From IMG/VR virus record IMGVR_UViG_3300007504_000006, positions 1 through 64,000 of that record: DNA of 64,000 nt. The stretch is one strand, 5' to 3'. Shown here one piece after another: positions 38,065 through 46,001 of the stretch (position 1 is its first letter; each line of letters begins with the position of its first letter). Position numbers and translations under genes: made by a program. The DNA comes from a virus. The notes under the pieces are model-generated. The model did not search any database and was not told the origin of the DNA. It saw only the letters and a list, made by a program, of their open reading frames with translations.

Positions 38065-38822
38065 TGCTTCATAGTAGAATCGATTTTAATGAAGACATTG
38101 CAACAAATGTTAGGTTATTTAATCCGTTTGGACCTAACATGTTTTATATGTCATTAAAAGATCGACATACAGCAGAACTGTTAGAAATAATTAATAAACT
38201 TAGTAGCCAACAAGATATAAAAGATAAATTAAATGCAATTGGTCAAATTGTTCACGGTACTAAAGGAAAAGAAAATCAAAAAAATAGTATAGTTGATGGA
38301 GAAATGTATCCTATACGTACAGAATTTTTAGAAGAAAATGATAAACAAATTCTTATAGATGTAATTACAAATTTAACATTAACATATGCTCAAATTGTTA
38401 CTTCTCATGCTAAAGATGATCTTGCATTAAGAGATGATTCTGATGCCATTGAAAAACTAAAAAAAGAAGAAAATGAATATGTGGCCGAAATACAAGGTCT
38501 TTGGTATGTTAAAATGAAGGCTGGAGATTTTCATATACTACATGAACATTCTACATCTGGAGCAACTATGAGTGGAGCAATATATTTAGATGTACCTGAG
38601 TTACCTTGGCCACAAGGTAATATAAATTGGATTCCTCCTGGCGGAGAAAACACTATGTATAATAGTACATGGCAACTTAGTCCTAAATCAGGCGATGTTA
38701 TTATGTGGCCTGCATGGTTATTACATACAGTATATCCATTTAAAAGTGATAAAGAACGAATTATGATTTCTTTTAATTCTATTTTATTAACCCAAAAAGG
38801 GGAGAAGTATAATGCTTTATAG
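38064..38822 (+). CDS. 2OG-Fe(II) oxygenase-like protein (TIGR02466-like)
   Basis: PFGP, HILHEH, SGAIYL, WPAWLLHTVYPF, RIMISFN. Confidence 0.8.
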   Translation: MLHSRIDFNEDIATNVRLFNPFGPNMFYMSLKDRHTAELLEIINKLSSQQDIKDKLNAIGQIVHGTKGKENQKNSIVDGEMYPIRTEFLEENDKQILIDVITNLTLTYAQIVTSHAKDDLALRDDSDAIEKLKKEENEYVAEIQGLWYVKMKAGDFHILHEHSTSGATMSGAIYLDVPELPWPQGNINWIPPGGENTMYNSTWQLSPKSGDVIMWPAWLLHTVYPFKSDKERIMISFNSILLTQKGEKYNAL

Positions 38823-39570
38823 TAATATTAATATTAATTCCGATATTGGAACTGATGCAAGTTTTTTTAATCCATTTGGTCCTAATATTTTATATTATAA
38901 ATTACAACCCGATGTTTTAAAAAAAACATTAGATTGTGTAAATGCATACCGAAGTGATCGAGAATATATCGAAGAATTAAAAACCAAAGGACAAATAATC
39001 CAAGGAACTAGATCACAAGAAAGTCAATCAAATTCTATTGTTAGTGGTGAAATGCTACTAATAGAACAAGAGTTTCAAGAAAAACATTTTGATAATATTA
39101 TTCAAGATATTATTAATATAACTAGTTATAATTATGGATTACAATCTGCTAAATTTAGTGTATTCGATATGGGTATGCGAGATATACAAGACGAATATAT
39201 AAAAGAAATTGACGAAGATATATCGTCATTGAAAGTTTCTATTAAAGATTGTTGGTTTGTTGTTTTAAAAGAAGGAGATTTCCATATTTTACATGAACAT
39301 CATTATGGAGGAGCAATTCTTAGTGGAGCAATTTATTTAGATGTACCTGAAAAGCCGTGGCCTCAAGGTAATATTAATTGGATAGTTAATGGAGTTTCAA
39401 CTCATATGTTTAACTCTAGTTGGGGATTACAACCAACCACAGGAGATGTTTTTATGTGGCCGTCTTGGATTAAACATTCAGTGTATCCTTTTAAAGGAGA
39501 AGGAGAACGAATTATGATATCGTTTAATGCAACCCTTTTACGTGCAAGAGATAAAAAAAATGACAAATAA
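38812..39570 (+). CDS. 2OG-Fe(II) oxygenase-like protein, tandem paralog of the previous gene
   Basis: PFGP, HILHEH, SGAIYLDVPE.PWPQGNINW, WPSWIKHSVYPF, RIMISFN. Confidence 0.8.
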   Translation: MLYSNININSDIGTDASFFNPFGPNILYYKLQPDVLKKTLDCVNAYRSDREYIEELKTKGQIIQGTRSQESQSNSIVSGEMLLIEQEFQEKHFDNIIQDIINITSYNYGLQSAKFSVFDMGMRDIQDEYIKEIDEDISSLKVSIKDCWFVVLKEGDFHILHEHHYGGAILSGAIYLDVPEKPWPQGNINWIVNGVSTHMFNSSWGLQPTTGDVFMWPSWIKHSVYPFKGEGERIMISFNATLLRARDKKNDK

Positions 39571-40588
39571 TTTATTTAAAAAAGTAGCATGTTTTACAGA
39601 TATACATTTTGGTTTAAGAAATAATAGTAGATTACACAATACAGATTGTGAAGAATTTATTAAATGGTTTATTGAAGAAGCTAAAAAAGAAAAATGTGAA
39701 ACTTGTATATTTTTAGGTGATTGGCATCATCATAGGGCATCTATTAATGTTAGCACATTAAATTATACAATGTCTAATTTAGAATTTTTATCTAAAGCAT
39801 TTACAAATGTATTTGTTATAATGGGCAATCATGATTTATTTTACAGAGATAAACGAGAAATTAATAGTGTAGCATTTGGTGGATTATATGATAATGTACA
39901 TATTGTAAATAGTATTTTTACAGAAGGTGATGTTAGCATTGTTCCATGGTTGGTACAAGACGAATGGAAGGAAATGCCTAATATAAAATCTAGGTATATA
40001 TTTGGTCATTTCGAATTAGGCGGATTTCAAATGAATCAACTTGTAGCAATGCCAGAAAATGGAGGATTGGGACAACAACATTTTAAAAATCAAGAATATG
40101 TTTTTAGCGGTCACTTTCATAATAGACAACAACAAAAAAATGTAGTGTATATAGGTAATACTTTTCCACATAATTATTCTGATACTTGGCAAGATAATAG
40201 AGGAATGATGATATTAGAATGGGGTAAAGAACCACAATATACTGCATGGCCAAATGCACCATCATTTAAAACAATTAATCTTAGTAAATTAATTGATGCA
40301 CCAGAAAAATATTTAAAACCAAAAACATATATAAGAGTAACATTAGACATAGATATTTCATATGAAGAAGCAACTCATATTAAACAAGCATTTACAGACG
40401 AATATAAATTACGAGAAATAGTATTATTACCAGAACGAGAGGACGAACACGAGGTAGATTGGTCCGAAGGAGAGGTTCCAAAATTTGAATCTGTAGATCA
40501 AATAGTATTAAGCGAACTTTCTACTATTAAATCGACCCATATTGATAACAATAAATTGGTTGACATCTATAACAATCTGACTGTATAA
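39560..40588 (+). CDS. gp47: recombination endonuclease subunit, gp47 (Mre11/SbcD-like)
   Basis: Metallophosphoesterase motifs DIHFG, GDWHH, GNHD, GHF, SGHFH. Confidence 0.92.
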   Translation: MTNNLFKKVACFTDIHFGLRNNSRLHNTDCEEFIKWFIEEAKKEKCETCIFLGDWHHHRASINVSTLNYTMSNLEFLSKAFTNVFVIMGNHDLFYRDKREINSVAFGGLYDNVHIVNSIFTEGDVSIVPWLVQDEWKEMPNIKSRYIFGHFELGGFQMNQLVAMPENGGLGQQHFKNQEYVFSGHFHNRQQQKNVVYIGNTFPHNYSDTWQDNRGMMILEWGKEPQYTAWPNAPSFKTINLSKLIDAPEKYLKPKTYIRVTLDIDISYEEATHIKQAFTDEYKLREIVLLPEREDEHEVDWSEGEVPKFESVDQIVLSELSTIKSTHIDNNKLVDIYNNLTV

Positions 40589-40597
40589 TAATAGATT

Positions 40598-42331
40598 ATG
40601 CTTACTATCAAAGAAATTACCATCAAGAATTTTATGAGTGTTGGTAATGTAACACAAGGAGTTCTTTTAAACGATACTGGTTTAACTTTAGTTCTTGGAA
40701 ACAATTTAGATTTAGGCGGAGACGGGTCACGCAATGGTACAGGAAAAACAACTCTTGTAAATGCGTTATCTTATGGTCTATTTGGTCTTCCATTAACTAA
40801 TATCAGACGTGATAATTTAATCAATAAAACCAATGGCAAACATATGCTTGTCACGATTGAATTTTCATGCAATCGTGTAACGTATAGAATTGAACGAGGA
40901 CGTAAACCAGGTATATTAAAATTTTATGTTAACGACTCTGAACAAATAGATGAAACAGACGAAGGACAAGGTGAAAGTAAATTAACACAAAAGCAAATAG
41001 ATAAAGTTCTAGGTATGACACATAATATGTTTAAACATGTTATGGCACTTAATACATACACAGAACCTTTTCTTGCTATGAAACAAAATGATCAACGAAA
41101 CTTAATAGAAGAATTGTTAGGTATTACTTTACTTTCAGAAAAAGCGGCATTATTAAAAGAATTAGTTAAAGAAACAAAAGATAACCATAAAGAAGAAGAA
41201 TACAGAATAGGTGGAATTCAACAAGCAAATGAACAAATAGAAAGTTCTATTAACGATTTACAACGTCGAAGTGATTTGTGGGACAGGAAGCATAAAGAAA
41301 ATATAGAAGAATTAAAAAATAAATTACTAGAATTATCTGAAGTAGATATAGATATAGAATTGCAAGCTCATAAGGACTTAGAAGCATATAGTGAGCTTCA
41401 AAGAAAAACGTCGCAATTAGACGGGAATATTGCACAAATTGACACCAAAATCTCCAAGTTAAATCAAGACCTATCAAGTATAAAAGATGATGCATGTTAC
41501 GTATGTGGAAAACCATTAGATGATGAGTTGCATAAAAAACTATTAAAAACAAAAGAAGATAAATTAAAAAATTATACAGAAGAAGTGTCTGAGTATAAAC
41601 GAGAAAGAGAAGACCTAGGATCGTTAGGCAAGCAACCAATTACCCATTATGATAAAATAAGCGATGCATATAATCACAAAACAACATTAGATACGTTATC
41701 AAATCAATTAGAAAGTAAATTAACAGAAACAAATCAGTACATAGAACAAATAGAAACACTTCAAGATAAAGGATTACAAGAAATAAATTGGAACAAAATT
41801 AACGAATTAAATAATTTAAAAGAACACCAAGAATTTTTATTAAAGCTTCTTACAAATAAGGATTCTTTTATAAGAAAGAAGATTATAGACCAAAACTTAG
41901 CATATTTAAATACAAGGCTTAAATATTACTTACAAAAACTAGGTCTACCACATTATGTAAATTTTCAAAGTGATTTAACTGTAGAAATTACAGAGCATGG
42001 AAGAGATTTAGATTTTGATAACTTATCACGAGGAGAGCGTAATAGGCTTATACTAGGTTTAAGTTTCTCGTTTAGGGATATATTTGAATCTATGAATACT
42101 CCAATTAATTTAATGTTTATAGACGAATTAATTGACTCCGGAATGGACACAACCGGAGTTGAGTCTGCATTGGCTGAGCTTAAAAGAATTACAAGGGAAC
42201 GAAATAAAAATATATTTTTAATTTCACATAAAGACGAACTTGTAGGACGAGTAAATGATATATTAAATGTAGTTAAAGAAGATGGATTTACATCATTTAG
42301 TTGCGATAAGGAAGTACTAGAACATGTCTGA
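40598..42331 (+). CDS. gp46: recombination ATPase subunit, gp46 (Rad50/SbcC-like)
   Basis: KNFMSVGN, Walker A NGTGKTT, zinc hook CYVC, signature LSRGE, Walker B FIDE, ISH. Confidence 0.93.
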   Translation: MLTIKEITIKNFMSVGNVTQGVLLNDTGLTLVLGNNLDLGGDGSRNGTGKTTLVNALSYGLFGLPLTNIRRDNLINKTNGKHMLVTIEFSCNRVTYRIERGRKPGILKFYVNDSEQIDETDEGQGESKLTQKQIDKVLGMTHNMFKHVMALNTYTEPFLAMKQNDQRNLIEELLGITLLSEKAALLKELVKETKDNHKEEEYRIGGIQQANEQIESSINDLQRRSDLWDRKHKENIEELKNKLLELSEVDIDIELQAHKDLEAYSELQRKTSQLDGNIAQIDTKISKLNQDLSSIKDDACYVCGKPLDDELHKKLLKTKEDKLKNYTEEVSEYKREREDLGSLGKQPITHYDKISDAYNHKTTLDTLSNQLESKLTETNQYIEQIETLQDKGLQEINWNKINELNNLKEHQEFLLKLLTNKDSFIRKKIIDQNLAYLNTRLKYYLQKLGLPHYVNFQSDLTVEITEHGRDLDFDNLSRGERNRLILGLSFSFRDIFESMNTPINLMFIDELIDSGMDTTGVESALAELKRITRERNKNIFLISHKDELVGRVNDILNVVKEDGFTSFSCDKEVLEHV

Positions 42332-42527
42332 AACACCATGGATTGATAGAAGATCATTATTAGACATAACTCAACAATCTAGAGGAGGAGCTGGATTGGC
42401 ACCATTAGATATGGGATATGTATACGTCTTTAAAAACGGAGAAACCAGACATTGTTTAGATGACTCGGAGGCATATAACTTTTATGCAGATAACAAAGAA
42501 CGACTTGACTCAGAACCAACAATTTAA
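42324..42527 (+). CDS. hypothetical protein
   Basis: 67-aa ORF overlapping the gp46 stop. Confidence 0.5.
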   Translation: MSETPWIDRRSLLDITQQSRGGAGLAPLDMGYVYVFKNGETRHCLDDSEAYNFYADNKERLDSEPTI

Positions 42528-43236
42528 ATTTTTTATAGCGGCCCCGTTTGGCAATTATATTAAACATAAAAATGCAATTAATGTTAGAGGTTCTTTTACA
42601 ATATTACGTAGACCAGGATTAATTAAACAACTATTTAGAACTCTTAGATATGATTTTTCTAAAAAAGGATGGAAGAACGAATTAGGACTCCGTAATCCGG
42701 GTATAAAACACGGACTTAATAAATACAGAAACAACGGCAAAGAAGTTATAAGTATTGCCGCAATTATGCCTAGAGATTGGGGTGACTTTGCAAAAGACAT
42801 ACCCGATCATGTAAACTTAGAATTAAATTTAAGTTGTCCAAATATCGATAAAGTAGAAATAGATTATAAAGCTCTTACTAAGTTTTATAATGCATTTTGG
42901 GATAATAAACGAGAATGGTGTATAGCCAAAATATCGCCCCTATCTACAGAGGACGAAATCAAGCGATTATTAGACATTGGGTTTGGTCAGATCCACTGCT
43001 CCAACACCCTCCCTATTACTGGCGGAGGATTGAGCGGAAAGGAATTGATAAGTTACACGATCAAACTCATAGATTACATAAAGACACACTTTCCCTCAGT
43101 GAAGATTATCGCAGGAGGAGGGATTGATCATATAGATATTGTAAATTACTATAAAGGTAAAGGTGCAGATTATTTCAGTTTAGGAACTGTATGTTTTACA
43201 CCTTGGAAATTATCAAAAATACTTAATGCCAAGTAA
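42484..43236 (+). CDS. dihydroorotate dehydrogenase-like FMN-binding barrel, short form
   Basis: N..GL.NPG, ELNLSCPN (catalytic Cys loop), AKISP, SNT, GGLSG, IIAGGGI; start codon uncertain. Confidence 0.75.
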   Translation: MQITKNDLTQNQQFKFFIAAPFGNYIKHKNAINVRGSFTILRRPGLIKQLFRTLRYDFSKKGWKNELGLRNPGIKHGLNKYRNNGKEVISIAAIMPRDWGDFAKDIPDHVNLELNLSCPNIDKVEIDYKALTKFYNAFWDNKREWCIAKISPLSTEDEIKRLLDIGFGQIHCSNTLPITGGGLSGKELISYTIKLIDYIKTHFPSVKIIAGGGIDHIDIVNYYKGKGADYFSLGTVCFTPWKLSKILNAK

Positions 43237-43756
43237 AAGTAAAATAAAAGGCAGTTCATTTGAAAGAGAAATAGCAAAAGAACTATCGGATTTATATAAT
43301 GAGAGCTTTGTAAGAACTCCATCGTCGGGTGCTTATGTTGGCGGCTCTAATGTTGCAAGAAAAGATTTTTTATCCGAGGGTCAGGTACAATCCTTCAGAG
43401 GAGACATAATACCACCCGACGACTGGAAATATTTTAATGTTGAATGTAAATCGTATGCTGATTTCCCTTTCCACCAATTACTATACCAAGGCGATATTAG
43501 ACTATTAGATGAATGGATAGAACAAATACTAGAAGTGGCAGAAGAAAAAGATTTAAACTTATTGATACTAAAATTTAACCGCAAAGGCAAATACATAGGC
43601 TTCCAAGAACACTTACTTAATTCCTCATTTTATACATATAGACACGCAAATTATAAAGGCTGGATTTTTACAAGCTACAAAGATTTTATGGAACAAAACA
43701 ATGGCTCAATTAAATACCTCTCAGTTGAAGGGGTACCACAGCCTCTATTGTCGTAA
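43226..43756 (+). CDS. Holliday junction resolvase-like PD-(D/E)xK nuclease
   Basis: SKIKGSSFERE, R..SSGA, GDI, VECK. Confidence 0.75.
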   Translation: MPSKSKIKGSSFEREIAKELSDLYNESFVRTPSSGAYVGGSNVARKDFLSEGQVQSFRGDIIPPDDWKYFNVECKSYADFPFHQLLYQGDIRLLDEWIEQILEVAEEKDLNLLILKFNRKGKYIGFQEHLLNSSFYTYRHANYKGWIFTSYKDFMEQNNGSIKYLSVEGVPQPLLS

Positions 43757-44100
43757 GACCGGTTGAGAACGAGTACGCTCGTTCGGATCTCCGTGGCAAA
43801 AGCAGAAAAAATGAGTAGGCTCTCCTGACAATTGGAACCTACAAGGTATATAAGGTAGATCTAATTGCTTTATATAAACCTGCGTTGGATAAGCAGAACG
43901 TAAAAAGGTACAGCCCAACCGCCTTAACCTATTTGGTTGTTCTATTAGAATGTGCTATGTCCGAAGGAAATAGTTATCTTAGCCTTAAACAGGCTAAGTG
44001 TGACTTGACTCTCAGGAAATAGTTAAATAGTAATAGTATAAATTCGATCTGAATTACGAAGTAATGAAAGATCGTGATGAGCTTTAGCTCATCATTAAAG
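43757..44100 (+). ncRNA. candidate structured non-coding element (RNA or ssDNA), class unknown
   Basis: Longest intergenic gap in the window. Consecutive stems at 43767-84, 43815-42, 43845-80, 43881-902, 43905-25, 43972-44005, 44045-74 and 44075-94, plus a 12-nt direct repeat. Confidence 0.6.
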
Positions 44101-44108
44101 GAAGGTAA

Positions 44109-44630
44109 ATGAAACTAACAGAATTTGATTATCCTCAAATATACTGCGACATGGACGGCGTTTTAGTAGATTTAATAGAAGGTGCAACAAAAATATTAGG
44201 TTATAATTTTGCTGAACGTTATGGTTACGTTTCAGGAAAGCACGAACTATGGGATAAATTAGCAGAAGAAAAATTATTTTGGGCAGAGTTACCTCCTATG
44301 CCTGATATGAAACAACTTTGGGGATTTATATCAACTTTCCAACCTTATATATTAACCGCTGTTCCTGCTGTTCGGTTAATATGGGATCCTCCAGCAGGAA
44401 TTCAAAAAGCAATGTGGTGTGAAAAAAACTTAGGTATTAGCAAAGATAGAGTGTATGCTGTAAAACGCTCAGATAAAAAACACTTTGCTAAATCGCACGA
44501 CGGTCGACCTAATATATTAATTGATGACCATCAACAAAATATTAATGAATGGAATAAAGCAGGAGGAAAAGGAATACTCCACACATCTGCAAGTAACAGT
44601 ATTAAACAATTAGAAGGTATTGGCTTCTAA
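44109..44630 (+). CDS. HAD-superfamily 5'(3')-deoxyribonucleotidase-like protein
   Basis: IYCDMDGVLVD, ILTA, K..W, ILIDD, W..AGG.GILH. Confidence 0.85.
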   Translation: MKLTEFDYPQIYCDMDGVLVDLIEGATKILGYNFAERYGYVSGKHELWDKLAEEKLFWAELPPMPDMKQLWGFISTFQPYILTAVPAVRLIWDPPAGIQKAMWCEKNLGISKDRVYAVKRSDKKHFAKSHDGRPNILIDDHQQNINEWNKAGGKGILHTSASNSIKQLEGIGF

Positions 44631-44860
44631 AGATTTTGTTGCTGTTTCTTTCCTGCCTTTGCATCAAGTTTTTGTTTAACAATTTCAAAAAACATTTCTC
44701 TTTCATCATAGGTCAACATCCACATATCATTGTATGATATCATTCCATCTGAAAACACAACCAGTTCCATTAAATTCTTTTGAAAGGCTCTTACATCATC
44801 TTTCATTTCTTGTAAGATTTCCTGAATTTCGTCAGGAGTTGATTGTAAGAGCCTTAGGCG
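44627..44860 (-). CDS. gp51-like/tail-chaperone 'T'-like ORF (77 aa if reached by -1 frameshift; 59 aa from ATG 44806)
   Basis: Open frame RLRLLQSTPDEIQEILQEMKDDVRAFQKNLMELVVFSDGMISYNDMWMLTYDEREMFFEIVKQKLDAKAGKKQQQNL*; not in the track. Confidence 0.65.
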   Translation of the reverse strand, partial: RLRLLQSTPDEIQEILQEMKDDVRAFQKNLMELVVFSDGMISYNDMWMLTYDEREMFFEIVKQKLDAKAGKKQQQNL

Positions 44861-45954
44861 AAAAAAAGGGTCGGATCAAACACAATAGGAGTAGAAGATT
44901 TAGATGAACACTTTTCGCAATCAAATTCTATGATGTTATTAAAACCTACATCTGTTATTTCTACTATTTTTTCTGATATAGACCCAAAAGAAGTTCGTCC
45001 TATATCATGTAACCATTCAGCAATTAATTGTTTGTCCTCAATTGAAGCAGTTGGTGTGTCTACTTTTATTATAGACCGTAATACTAGCTCATACGTTATT
45101 TCGGTAATTTTCTTTAATGATTTGCCTAATTCTACTTGTTTTTCGGCATCAGTGGTATCATCATTTGCTAATATATTATTAGTAATCGCAGACCTTTCAA
45201 AATTTGCCAATGCTGATTGAATTTGACAACGAAGATCATATGGTTTAACATATACAGTTAAATCGCCTATTACTATTTTATATTGTTTTTCGAGACCTGT
45301 TATTTGTGTATCTAATAAAAATTCTATATCTACATTAAATTCGGTAGATGTATTACATTTTGTACACAAACCACTATAAGCTAATTCTTTCCCATATGTT
45401 ACTAGTCGTATTGCTAACATTAAAACATTAAAATCTGGTCCAGGAATATCATTTGGATTTTCAATATCTGGTACACACGATTTCATTACTTCAATTAATG
45501 ATTCACCGTTCATTAAAATATCCGGAGATTTGAATAATAATTCATCTCTTGCAGTCATAGGTCTTACTAAAATTTCATTTAAGTTTGATAACTTAGGAGG
45601 TATAGTATAAAAGTTACCATTACTAGGTAATATTACATATACTCCGGGAGGTCTATGATATTGCATTAACGGATTAGAAGAATTAGTTTCTAAAACAGTA
45701 TGTCGCACATTATGTTTTTTTGATTCAACTGTTTTTCCACCCTCACCTGAAACAGGTGTCTCTCGCTCAATTTTTTCTTTTTTAATCTGTTTTTTGGGAG
45801 TTGTTGAAAAATTATCTAATGCTTGATTTGCTATTTTTAATACAGGTTCTGCTTCTGGATTGTCTTTATATTTTTCTATAAATTGTTCTACTTGTTCTTT
45901 TGATTCATTAATGTCATAAAACTCGTTTAATATAACATTTGCATCTTCGGGCAT
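44854..45954 (-). CDS. baseplate hub assembly protein, gp26-like (tail assembly chaperone-like)
   Basis: LPSNG.FY, VRPMTARDE, D...LMLAIR..TYG, two CxxC pairs, C-terminal FDPTLFFA; RBS AAGGAGG. Confidence 0.75.
   Translation of the reverse strand: MPEDANVILNEFYDINESKEQVEQFIEKYKDNPEAEPVLKIANQALDNFSTTPKKQIKKEKIERETPVSGEGGKTVESKKHNVRHTVLETNSSNPLMQYHRPPGVYVILPSNGNFYTIPPKLSNLNEILVRPMTARDELLFKSPDILMNGESLIEVMKSCVPDIENPNDIPGPDFNVLMLAIRLVTYGKELAYSGLCTKCNTSTEFNVDIEFLLDTQITGLEKQYKIVIGDLTVYVKPYDLRCQIQSALANFERSAITNNILANDDTTDAEKQVELGKSLKKITEITYELVLRSIIKVDTPTASIEDKQLIAEWLHDIGRTSFGSISEKIVEITDVGFNNIIEFDCEKCSSKSSTPIVFDPTLFFA
44860..44866 (-). other. candidate -1 programmed ribosomal frameshift site (T TTT TTC)
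   Basis: X XXY YYZ heptamer in the 0 frame, one codon (GCC) before the stop; the -1 frame stays open for 77 more codons. Confidence 0.6.
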
Positions 45955-45964
45955 TTTCCTCCTT

Positions 45965-45990
45965 AATAAATATATATAACTCTATTTATA
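45965..45990. promoter_or_regulatory. pair of opposed late promoter boxes between the gp26-like and tape-measure-like genes
   Basis: Plus strand AATAAATA at 45965-72; minus strand perfect TATAAATA at 45990-83. Confidence 0.65.
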
Positions 45991-46001
45991 GGCAGAAATT
46001 C

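Noticed and set aside
42930-43130. Locally higher GC at third codon positions inside the DHODH-like gene (similar patch in prs near 2640-2850)
   Set aside because: Impression by eye only; it overlaps Gly/Ala-rich motifs and cannot be quantified here.
43757-44108. Group I or II intron, tRNA, CRISPR or TIGR array, or C/D-box RNA
   Set aside because: No interrupted ORF, no clear P7 GACUA/UAGUC pair or domain V, no cloverleaf, only one 12-nt repeat pair, and no Cas or Nop-domain gene. GTGATGA and CTGA occur, but not in a convincing arrangement.
45939-46001. N-terminal extension of the tape-measure-like ORF as given in the track
   Set aside because: It uses a TTG start overlapping the opposite gene and spans the promoter boxes; the ATG at 46002 is more plausible.
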